64,000 nt of DNA from an uncultured Saccharofermentans sp. (GCA_963675845.1 OY776634.1:2109052-2173051), one strand, 5' to 3'; shown: positions 28,800 through 36,633, counted from the first letter of the stretch. The notes: a model not told the origin generated them from the sequence alone. Made by a program: numbers and translations.

Positions 28800-29228
28800 A
28801 TGAACACAAAGCAGCAAAGAGCATTGTCCTTTATTATCATTGCCTCAGTTTTACTAATGCTTGGATCAGCAGTGTATGCAGAATCATATTCTTCCACACT
28901 AAATGTTTCTTCGCAACTTGATGGCTCTGCACGATATTATTCTGGTTCGACAATTAATATCGCTTGCAGAAACACTTATCTAAACACTGTCTTCAATACA
29001 ACTAGTGATACTTTAAGGGTTGGATGCTTCAAAAAGGGATTTCTGGGAATATACTTCCAGGTCGGATCCTCTGTAGTTAGAACCGTTACAAACAGCGGTT
29101 ATACTACTGTCTCGGGGAGTTGGACAATGGATGGAAATGGCACATATCGTTTTCGTTTTCTAAAAGGATTATGGAATGGTATGCAGGAGCAAATCCTATC
29201 TGATGATGTTGACATGTGGAGCAACTAA
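28800..29228 (+). CDS. Hypothetical secreted protein
   Basis: Signal-peptide-like N-terminus (ALSFIIIASVLLMLGSAVYAES). AAGGAG lies before ATG 28800. No known domain recognised. Confidence 0.55.
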   Translation: MNTKQQRALSFIIIASVLLMLGSAVYAESYSSTLNVSSQLDGSARYYSGSTINIACRNTYLNTVFNTTSDTLRVGCFKKGFLGIYFQVGSSVVRTVTNSGYTTVSGSWTMDGNGTYRFRFLKGLWNGMQEQILSDDVDMWSN

Positions 29229-29272
29229 AATTAATAATTTGATTTTGACATTTCTTAAGGCGAGAGATTAAT

Positions 29273-29848
29273 ATGACTCTCGCCTTGAGATTTCTCGCGG
29301 AGGTAGTTGTGATAGGTTTTGATTCGGAATTTCTAGTAGTACCATTATTTTTAGCATTAGTGATTTACTTTTTCATCAGAATATTTTTGCTCAAAAATAA
29401 ATCTAAAAGCTTTGTCATTATAGATTTGGCATTTATATTGTATTGTTTTCTCGTGATTAATTCGCTGTATTTTCCCCTTGAAATTTATTATAATAGCAAC
29501 TGCGTTGAACTTAAAGATATCCATTTCAATTTAATGCCATTTGTAAACACTTACAAATCACTTGTAACCACCACTAACAGTGGTTTGAGTTTAACTAGCC
29601 TCATTTACATTATAGGTAATTTGTTTGTTTTCGTACCTTTATCTCTTTTCTTGTTATTACGTTTCCCTGAAAGGAAATATCTAAATACTCTGATAATCAT
29701 ATCGATATCATTATTCGCTGAAATATTTCAGTTAATATTGATTTTCATAACAAAAGACAGTCACAGGATTATAGATATTGATGATTTATTACTTAATTTT
29801 ATCGGTGCAACGACTTCTTGGCTCATCTTAAATAAACTTTTTAAATAA
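29273..29848 (+). CDS. VanZ-like family membrane protein
   Basis: NLMPF...IGNLFVFVPLSLFLLL...EIFQLIL...IDIDDLLLNFIGATTSWLI follows the VanZ pattern (N.PF, GN...F.P.G, E..Q, D.DD...N..G). Confidence 0.7.
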   Translation: MTLALRFLAEVVVIGFDSEFLVVPLFLALVIYFFIRIFLLKNKSKSFVIIDLAFILYCFLVINSLYFPLEIYYNSNCVELKDIHFNLMPFVNTYKSLVTTTNSGLSLTSLIYIIGNLFVFVPLSLFLLLRFPERKYLNTLIIISISLFAEIFQLILIFITKDSHRIIDIDDLLLNFIGATTSWLILNKLFK

Positions 29849-30003
29849 TTAATATGAAATAAATCAACAGAAAGCATTTGTCAATTCGCTGATAACCGAG
29901 GAAGGAATATACAGTTATAACAAAGCCTGTGAGAATACATATATATTACCTTCTATTTTATATGCTAACAGCATTTAATACTTCGAAGCAGGAGGGGATA
30001 AAA

Positions 30004-30102
30004 ATGATTGAATTAAAAAACGTTAGTAAAAGCTATGGCCACAAAGCGGTTTTGAATCATATTAATCTAACAATTAAACCCGGCGTTGACATAGGCGCCT
30101 AG
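30004..30102 (+). pseudogene. ABC transporter ATP-binding protein, 32-codon N-terminal remnant
   Basis: MIELKNVSKSYGHKAVLNHINLTIKPG is a typical ABC ATPase start. It breaks before the Walker A motif and hits a stop. AGGAGG RBS upstream. Confidence 0.75.
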
Positions 30103-30593
30103 GTCGGGATTAAGTGTCTAGAAGCTGTTTATGGCAGAATAGCAATCAGAAAATGTGGAAGTTAACAATCCTGCCAGTTGGAGACTAAAAGCCACCAGGT
30201 TGACTAGCTCCAACTGCAATCAAATGTACAGAATATTTCGTAGCCTAATGCAGAGTTTTCGGAAATGAAACTACAGGATTTCCGGCAATGGAAATGCAGA
30301 GCTCAAGCTGTACGTCTGTTGTGACCGGAAAGCGACCGGCAGCGGGATAATAGGACATATCAGGTAGCCAACAGGGTATCTTTTTAACGTCTTTTCCCTA
30401 GGAAATTTTCTCCGTCAAAACTAAGTGCGTTTATTATGTCGGTGACATTCTGGCTGCCCGTATTAGTTTTATCATCGACTAAGACGAAGCGAATCACCTG
30501 AAGTGCTTTTTCAGAAAGCGTGCCTAGTCGCTCAGGACTTACTTGTCCGGGCTGGTGTTGCTGAAGTCATCCATGGCGCAGGAGCAGGCACCG

Positions 30594-30872
30594 CTATTGA
30601 ACATATGCTATTAAAGCGCCGTGCCGCATTTTGGCGTATTCCATCAGCACCAGAAATTGAGCTTTGGAGAGCGCTTTGACCTGCAAGTGTTCAACAGGAA
30701 TACGCACGAATTTGCCGAACATAGACCAGGCAGGCGTCGTGTGTGAAACATCGGGGCTGATTCGATTTGCCGTATATTGCATACAAAACGACTTGCTGAA
30801 AGCAAAGAATGTCTTGCCACTGTATTCTTTACAAGCTTGATAATTATTCAACAGCTGTATAGAGGTTGGCAT
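30594..30872 (-). CDS. Hypothetical protein, possibly a fragment of a degraded mobile-element gene
   Basis: 92-aa ORF in a patch of intermediate GC with interrupted frames downstream. I recognise no family. Confidence 0.3.
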   Translation of the reverse strand: MPTSIQLLNNYQACKEYSGKTFFAFSKSFCMQYTANRISPDVSHTTPAWSMFGKFVRIPVEHLQVKALSKAQFLVLMEYAKMRHGALIAYVQ

Positions 30873-30940
30873 AGCGCAAAGAACTGGCCAATTTGAATAT
30901 TGTTCAGAGCGAATGTATGCTGTAAGTAAAGGTATGGGGT

Positions 30941-31699
30941 TTGAAATATGCGCTTTTCTATTCGTTTGACGTTCATTATGAAATCATGGTCGGTGAAGTT
31001 ATAAATATAGCTGATCGGGTGCATGCCAATGATAACTGCGACGGGGATATCTCTGATCAGGTCAAGATCGAAACAAACTTTGATTTCAATGTTCCAGGGG
31101 TCTATACGATCTCCTTGGAAGTAACCGACTCTTCCTTCAATACAGCAGTAAAAGAGGCAAAGATCCAGGTTTGCGCGCTGCATGAAATAGGCGACGAATT
31201 AGAACTGAACAACTGGCAATTTTCAATCAAGAATTACTACTTCACAAGTTCAATTGAAGACAAAGGAACTTGGGACAAGGTTTTGTACCATTCCTATACG
31301 GCAGCGGAAGGACAAATCTATCTTGTGCTGGAGGCAACGCTCAAAAACACCGGAAAAGGTCAAGACAGCTTTGCCAATACGCCTGGTTTCTCGATCGTTC
31401 CAAGTGATGAACAGACCAATGAGATTGTGTATTACCAGGAAAAAATGGAATTATTAACGCGTTACTACGAAGATCCTTTGGCTATAGAGCCGTGGAATCA
31501 CCTGACCATGGGCAATGATCTTCGAAACTATAACCTGATCATGGTCGACGGCGGTGAAATCGTAAGCGGCAGATTTTATTTTCTTATTCAGGATTCGATT
31601 CAAGACAATGGTGAAAGCCTAATGCTAAGATTTGAAAGCTTGAAAAATTTAATTCCAAGCCGAAAAGGCTATGTCTTCTATGTGACATTAAGGCCATAG
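30941..31699 (+). CDS. Surface-protein fragment: bacterial Ig-like (DUF5011-type) domain plus DUF4352-like domain, apparently 5'-truncated
   Basis: DNCDGDISDQVKIETNFDFNVPGVYTISLEVTDSSFN resembles the Ig-like DUF5011 pattern. GQIYLVLEATLKNTGKGQDSF resembles the DUF4352 core. No signal peptide or anchor is present. Confidence 0.55.
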   Translation: MKYALFYSFDVHYEIMVGEVINIADRVHANDNCDGDISDQVKIETNFDFNVPGVYTISLEVTDSSFNTAVKEAKIQVCALHEIGDELELNNWQFSIKNYYFTSSIEDKGTWDKVLYHSYTAAEGQIYLVLEATLKNTGKGQDSFANTPGFSIVPSDEQTNEIVYYQEKMELLTRYYEDPLAIEPWNHLTMGNDLRNYNLIMVDGGEIVSGRFYFLIQDSIQDNGESLMLRFESLKNLIPSRKGYVFYVTLRP

Positions 31700-31760
31700 G
31701 CCGATTTGCTGTAAAAAGCATGCTGTCCCTAAAACGGTTCGCAAATTCAAATGCCCTATA

Positions 31761-32013
31761 TTCTCCAGAAAAAGCACAAAATATGGTTTAAGTGGAGAAA
31801 ATAAGATGAAGCATTGCTTGTATTACTGGATAAACTCAAAGCGCGTGTGAATCTCGTCGCTTAGATATACCACGCTCTAATTTCCCAAGCTGTTCAGACC
31901 ATTAAATCGTATGATCTTAGAGCAGTTTAGCAGGGTGGTGAAGATGATAAATGAAAAAATGCTTGGATTTCTCCAGAAAAAGCAGTAATATTGATTTAGG
32001 TGGAGAAAATATG
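31761..32013 (+). repeat. Duplicated abiEi leader/operator (two roughly 45-nt direct copies, each with a 7-bp inverted repeat)
   Basis: The two copies run 31761-31808 and 31969-32013. Both start ttctccagaaaaagca and end gtggagaaaat..atg. In copy 2, TTCTCCA (31969-31975) and TGGAGAA (32001-32007) are inverted repeats; the latter overlaps the abiEi RBS. Confidence 0.7.
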
Positions 32014-32613
32014 ATAAAGACGACAGCAATTTTGCTCAATGAGCTAAAAGATTATGCCAATCCAACAGCGAAGATCAGACGACTTGTGGATCACGGCGAT
32101 TTAATTCCGATAGTCCGGGGTGTTTACGAAACGAATCCGGATATCCCTGGATATTATCTTGCTTCTGTGATCTATGGTCCTTCTTATCTATCCTTTGAGT
32201 TTGCACTCTCATTCCACTCGCTGATACCGGAAGCTGTACGCACCTTCACATCCGCAACTTTTGAAAAGAGAAGAGCCAAGCAATTTCAAACACCATTTGG
32301 CATGTTTACTTACCGAGACATACCCAGTCAAGCTTATCCATACGGTGTCGATCTTTATTCTGAAAACGGATATAGCTTTCAGATCGCGTCTGCAGAGAAA
32401 GCAGTCTGCGATCATTTGTATAAAATCGCGCCGCTCAGCAATAGGACTGAGTTGGAGCAACTCTTGTTCGAAGACCTGAGAATTGACCAGGATATGTTTT
32501 TCGAGTTGAATTTTCCTGATCTTCTTGATCTTGCAGCCAGGTTTCAAACGAAGAATCATAAGCTTTTACAGGCCTATATTTCAAGGGGGATCAAAAATGG
32601 ATCAAATTCTTGA
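32011..32613 (+). CDS. abiEi: AbiEi-family antitoxin/transcriptional regulator (type IV TA / abortive infection)
   Basis: LIPIVRGVYETNPDIPGYYLASVIYGPSYLSFEFALSFHSLIPE is the typical AbiEi core. It overlaps the downstream AbiEii gene. Confidence 0.85.
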   Translation: MIKTTAILLNELKDYANPTAKIRRLVDHGDLIPIVRGVYETNPDIPGYYLASVIYGPSYLSFEFALSFHSLIPEAVRTFTSATFEKRRAKQFQTPFGMFTYRDIPSQAYPYGVDLYSENGYSFQIASAEKAVCDHLYKIAPLSNRTELEQLLFEDLRIDQDMFFELNFPDLLDLAARFQTKNHKLLQAYISRGIKNGSNS

Positions 32614-33466
32614 GCAGATGCTCAAACAACTTCAGAGAAAAGAATCTATTGATCATGAAAACAGCCTCAAAGAGGTTGTTCAGGAAATTGTCCTCTGCGG
32701 ATTAAGCCGAGCTGGTTTTTTTAAGAAAGCTGCTTTTTACGGGGGGACGGCACTCAGATTATTTCATGGTTTAAACAGGTTCTCTGAGGATTTGGATTTT
32801 TCGCTCAAGCATCCCGACCCTTTATTTGAATTATCTGTATTTCTGCCAGCGTTGGAAAAAGAGATTAGATCATACGGTCTCAATTTCCGGGCAGAGGTTA
32901 AAAATAAATCTGTTGATTCGGATATCAAGTCAGCCTTTCTTAAAGGGAACACGAAAGAGCACATGCTGATGTTCTATGCTGACGAAAAAAGAAAAAGACC
33001 GATTGGACCGGGTGAACTGATAAAAATCAAGCTTGAAGTCGATATCAATCCACCGGATTTTGCAAGCTTTGAAACCCAGTATAAAACGCTTCCCGTTCCT
33101 TATGAAACTTGCCTCTACGATATGCCGTCACTCTTCGCGGGCAAAATCCACGCAGTCATTTGCCGGTCATGGAAACGTCGCGTCAAGGGCAGGGACCTTT
33201 ATGATTTTGTGTTTTATCTTTCAAGAGAGACAGCTGTCAATCTCAGGCATCTCGCTGCCCGGCTACAGCAGTCAGGGTTGGTTACTGATCCAGAGGAATT
33301 TTCGATCGAAGACGTTAAAAGATTGTTGCAGGAGCGTTTTGAAAATATTGACTACGACCAGGCCAAGCAAGATGTTTTGCCATTCATTAACAATTCCGGA
33401 GAACTCGATGTCTGGAAAGCTGATTTTTTCAATGGAATTGCATCAAACCTAATGAGTAGCGATTAA
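32597..33466 (+). CDS. abiEii: AbiEii-family nucleotidyltransferase toxin (DUF1814)
   Basis: FYGGTALRLFHGLNRFSEDLDFSL is the nucleotidyltransferase signature of AbiEii. 289 aa. It overlaps abiEi by 17 nt. Confidence 0.88.
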   Translation: MDQILEQMLKQLQRKESIDHENSLKEVVQEIVLCGLSRAGFFKKAAFYGGTALRLFHGLNRFSEDLDFSLKHPDPLFELSVFLPALEKEIRSYGLNFRAEVKNKSVDSDIKSAFLKGNTKEHMLMFYADEKRKRPIGPGELIKIKLEVDINPPDFASFETQYKTLPVPYETCLYDMPSLFAGKIHAVICRSWKRRVKGRDLYDFVFYLSRETAVNLRHLAARLQQSGLVTDPEEFSIEDVKRLLQERFENIDYDQAKQDVLPFINNSGELDVWKADFFNGIASNLMSSD

Positions 33467-33665
33467 AACCCAAAGACCAGATATTTGACTTGTCTTGGAT
33501 TATGTCTACGATTAGATTAGATGAGTATAGAGTAAATGAGTAGATCATTGGATATCAAATTGGAGGCTGCACAGACAATTAGAATCAGACTTGAAGTGAA
33601 TAGGCGTCTATTCAGAGGAATGGACAAGTAAAACATGACTATTAAAGTGTTTTTGGTGATGGTTG

Positions 33666-34445
33666 ATGTTATTAGCGGAATTGCACGGAAAACTATCTCG
33701 AGGATTACTCCATCGAGAATCAGCAAAATCTAATCCGAATCACGAGGAGTCTGAAGACATTCTGACGTCCAATGTCTTTGGTTTTCTAAAATATGCTGAT
33801 CGCAAAACCTATCTTAAACAGTTTTTGCAGCGTGTTGAATTGAAATTGGGAAATGAAGATTTAAGTCAAGTTGAGTTTCAATTCTGGCCAACCTATCCGG
33901 ATGGAACAGAACCCGATGTCGTTTTGATTTCAGATCAATACTATATATTAATCGAAGCAAAGAAAAATGCAGGTTTCGGATCAGGGGAAGATGACATGTC
34001 TCATCAACTGGCTAGAGAATACCGCGAAGGGAAGAAGGCGGCTTCCAGCCTTGGTAAAGAATTCATCCTCTTGACAATAACTGCAGACGCATGCTTTAAA
34101 CAACAAAAATTCAAGCAAGTGCCATTCTTGCTGACCGAACCATGCTTTTTCTGGACAAACTGGCAGAATGTCTCCACTATTCTGCAAGTTGTACTCGAGC
34201 AGGAAAGCTGTGTTCCAGACAGACTTTTTGCTGAAGACTTATTAGCCCTTCTTGAACGGAAAAACCTACGAGGGTTTAATTCATTCGATCGTCTGTCATT
34301 TCCATATCGTTCTGCTGAAAAAATATTTTTCGAATATACAACTGCGGTTTATCGAGGTGGATTTGTTGGCTTCAAAAATGTATTGCCAGCGTATCGATTA
34401 GCTGCCATTGATCAGGAGTTGTTTTTTATGCAGGAAGAGTCTTGA
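33666..34445 (+). CDS. Uncharacterised PD-(D/E)xK nuclease-like protein with an unknown C-terminal domain
   Basis: LAELHGKL...SEDILTSNVFGFLKY then GTEPDVVLISDQYYILIEAKKNA gives the E...D...ExK layout of the restriction-endonuclease fold. The C-terminal roughly 110 aa has no motif I recognise. Confidence 0.6.
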   Translation: MLLAELHGKLSRGLLHRESAKSNPNHEESEDILTSNVFGFLKYADRKTYLKQFLQRVELKLGNEDLSQVEFQFWPTYPDGTEPDVVLISDQYYILIEAKKNAGFGSGEDDMSHQLAREYREGKKAASSLGKEFILLTITADACFKQQKFKQVPFLLTEPCFFWTNWQNVSTILQVVLEQESCVPDRLFAEDLLALLERKNLRGFNSFDRLSFPYRSAEKIFFEYTTAVYRGGFVGFKNVLPAYRLAAIDQELFFMQEES

Positions 34446-34519
34446 GATTCTGATTAATGGCCAGATATTGATCAACTGGTCAGAAAGACTGCTAACGGAG
34501 AAAGAGAGGTTGACTTGCC

Positions 34520-35098
34520 ATGACCCAAGACTTAGCCAAACAGACCCAGAACGCTTTCGAATTCATCGAGAAACTTAATTTTGAGGTCTCATATCTAATT
34601 AAGGAAATCGAAGGGCTTTTAGCGCTCGAACCTGAGCAGTTTAAGATTCTCAAGCCATCCGGCTATGCTGTGACTGCCAAAAAATCCAATGGTCTCGATC
34701 CAGTTCTTGTTGAACAGTGGCTTAAAAAAAACATGGCGGTGTTTTTTGGCGCGAAAAACAACATAAGAAACTCGGTCACGTCCCTTCACGAGGATCTGAA
34801 AATACTTTTTACATATATTCAACTCTTTCAAAAGGACATCGATCAACCCAAGGTGTATTTTGGAATGCTATCAGATATTCATTCGAAGCAGAATGAGAAT
34901 AAGTTCGAGAAGCTGGCTTTTGAATTCGCCTATCGTGCAGATAAGTTCATTAATTTGGAGAGTGGCTCAGTATACGAAGACAATTACTGTTCGTTCAAGA
35001 TGGATGTGATTGTTGAAGATTTGTTCTCGATTAACAATAGCACCGATGTATTGGAAAAGATTGCTCAACCCATGCTGAATATCTATAGAACTGAATGA
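34520..35098 (+). CDS. Hypothetical protein, partner of the nuclease-like gene
   Basis: 192-aa soluble protein with no catalytic motif recognised. Same strand, 74 nt downstream of the nuclease-like gene, with the same AT-rich codon usage. Confidence 0.5.
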   Translation: MTQDLAKQTQNAFEFIEKLNFEVSYLIKEIEGLLALEPEQFKILKPSGYAVTAKKSNGLDPVLVEQWLKKNMAVFFGAKNNIRNSVTSLHEDLKILFTYIQLFQKDIDQPKVYFGMLSDIHSKQNENKFEKLAFEFAYRADKFINLESGSVYEDNYCSFKMDVIVEDLFSINNSTDVLEKIAQPMLNIYRTE

Positions 35099-35166
35099 CC
35101 TGCAATAGACTGGCAATCAAATTAGCGCTGAATGTGATTAGCTGAATAGAACACTTGCCTTTTCTT

Positions 35167-35194
35167 GAAACCTTCGGATTTTCCGGAGGTTTTC
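35167..35194 (+). terminator. Terminator-like hairpin at the right edge of the island
   Basis: gaaaccttcgg / ccggaggttttc stem (10-11 bp including a G-U), 5-nt loop atttt, with the T-run partly inside the 3' arm. Confidence 0.45.
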
Positions 35195-35353
35195 AATCAA
35201 TCCCAGACCATCAACAATTTTCCGAATCCTTGAAATTTTCCCTAAAGGTTTCTAGGGTATTCACGTAAACCTTTATTGAAGGACATCAAAGATTTGCTTG
35301 CGGTCAAGGGCGCCCGAGACCTCATGGCAAGCCGGCAGTGATTCTTCAATCAA

Positions 35354-35388
35354 GGGCACGGATGCCCGAACAACACATTTCAAGGAGG
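35354..35388 (+). promoter_or_regulatory. Two CsrA-binding-site candidates in the flagellin leader
   Basis: Hairpin GGGCA-CGGA-TGCCC (35354-35367) presents GGA in its loop. A second GGA lies in the Shine-Dalgarno AAGGAGG (35382-35388), 9 nt before the ATG. Confidence 0.65.
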
Positions 35389-35397
35389 AAACATTCC

Positions 35398-36492
35398 ATG
35401 CGTATCAACAACAACCTGATGGCCCTGAACACACAGCGCCAGCTCACCGTCAACAACAACAACACAGCCAAGTCAGTTGAAAAACTGTCATCCGGCTACC
35501 GCATCAACCGTGCAGGCGACGACGCCGCCGGCCTGGCCATTTCCGAGAAAATGCGCTCCCAGATCCGCGGCCTGACCATGGCTGCCAGAAACTCCCAGGA
35601 CGCTATCTCACTGGTCCAGACCGCTGAAGGCGCCCTGTCCGAAACCCACGCCATCCTGCAGCGCATGCGCGAACTGGCCGTCCAGTCTTCAACCGATACC
35701 AACCAGAACGTTGACCGTTCAGCGCTGAGCCAGGAGTTCGAACAGCTCAAGACTGAGCTGACCGACATCTCAAGCTCGACCAAATTCAACAACATGAACC
35801 TTTTGGACGGCAGCTTCGGCGTCCAGGTCGATACCGACAGCACGGCTTCAACCGTCTTCGCCGTGACCGGTGTCGCGTCGGTTGACGCGGGCGGTGCTGC
35901 CAGCACATCCTACACCTTCGCGGTTGCGGCCGGCGAACTGTCTGTTTCGGACGGCACGACCTCGGTTGACCTCGGCACAGCCACCGACTATGACGGCGTT
36001 GGTACAATCAACGTCTCTGAGTTCGGCATTTCGATCAAGACCAACGACTCCTTCACCGGCGCGTCGCTTGACACCACGATCATCGCCATGGAAGCCACCG
36101 GTTCGGGTACCATCCAGACCGGCGCTAACGCCGGCGAAGAACTGAGCATCACGATCGACGACATGAGCGCGGCTGGCCTGTCCGTCAACGGCGCCGACAT
36201 CGGCACCCGCGACAACGCGGTTACCGCCCTGGGCACGGTCGACACGGCCATCAACACCGTTTCCACCCAGCGCGCCAAGCTCGGTGCTATCCAGAACCGT
36301 CTTGAGCACAAGATCAACAACCTCAGCACATCCGCTGAAAACCTGCAGGCTGCCGAATCACGGATCCGTGACGTCGACATGGCCAAGGAAATGAGCGAGT
36401 ACACCAAGAACAACATCCTGGTCCAGGCCGCGACCTCCATGCTGGCGCAGGCCAACAACGCACCTCAGTCCGTTCTCCAGCTGCTCCGCTAA
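35398..36492 (+). CDS. fliC: Flagellin
   Basis: MRINNNLMALNTQRQL...GYRINRAGDDAAGLAISEKMRSQIRGL and C-terminal AESRIRDVDMAKEMSEYTKNNILVQAATSMLAQANNAPQSVLQLLR. The central domain is Ser/Thr/Gly/Asp-rich. Confidence 0.97.
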   Translation: MRINNNLMALNTQRQLTVNNNNTAKSVEKLSSGYRINRAGDDAAGLAISEKMRSQIRGLTMAARNSQDAISLVQTAEGALSETHAILQRMRELAVQSSTDTNQNVDRSALSQEFEQLKTELTDISSSTKFNNMNLLDGSFGVQVDTDSTASTVFAVTGVASVDAGGAASTSYTFAVAAGELSVSDGTTSVDLGTATDYDGVGTINVSEFGISIKTNDSFTGASLDTTIIAMEATGSGTIQTGANAGEELSITIDDMSAAGLSVNGADIGTRDNAVTALGTVDTAINTVSTQRAKLGAIQNRLEHKINNLSTSAENLQAAESRIRDVDMAKEMSEYTKNNILVQAATSMLAQANNAPQSVLQLLR

Positions 36493-36532
36493 ATTTCATC
36501 AGCATTCTTGGTTTAATCAGCCAATCGGGCGC

Positions 36533-36561
36533 GGGAAGAGCCGGTCATGCCGGCTCTTCCC
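36533..36561 (+). terminator. Strong hairpin between flagellin and fliD (no U-tract)
   Basis: Perfect 12-bp stem gggaagagccgg / ccggctcttccc with a 5-nt loop, followed by AAAAAA rather than T residues. Confidence 0.4.
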
Positions 36562-36633
36562 AAAAAACCGGACTGCTTGCTTCAAGTTTGCCCAATCCAA
36601 GATCAAGATCCTGCTGAAAGGGGACCCGAAGCC

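Larger units (their letters stand above)
27281..35200. other. AT-rich accessory island inserted between csrA and the flagellin gene
   Basis: Abrupt change from GC-rich to AT-rich sequence. Content is transposase and ABC fragments, AbiE and orphan genes. In B. subtilis-type loci csrA is followed directly by hag. Confidence 0.75.

Noticed and set aside
30100-30420. A group II intron 3' end or retron ncRNA in the hairpin-rich patch.
   Set aside because: I could not fold a domain V-like 34-nt hairpin with a GNRA loop. No GUGYG 5' end was found. No reverse transcriptase ORF is adjacent.
30848-31183. A 111-aa minus-strand ORF.
   Set aside because: It is antisense to the DUF5011/DUF4352-like gene, which has recognisable domain patterns. 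No independent support was found.
35190-35230. A sigma-28 -10 element at TCCGAATC (35221-35228) as the flagellin promoter.
   Set aside because: No TAAA-type -35 lies at the required 15-16 nt (Bacillus) or 11 nt (E. coli) spacing upstream. It is retained only as part of the island-border word comparison.
27281-35397. A flagellin glycosylation island between csrA and the flagellin gene.
   Set aside because: Such islands occupy this position in some Firmicutes, but this interval contains no glycosyltransferase, Maf-like or sugar-biosynthesis genes. The glycan cassette at 53.6-64 kb is of Wzx/Wzy type and is separated from flagellin by the che genes.
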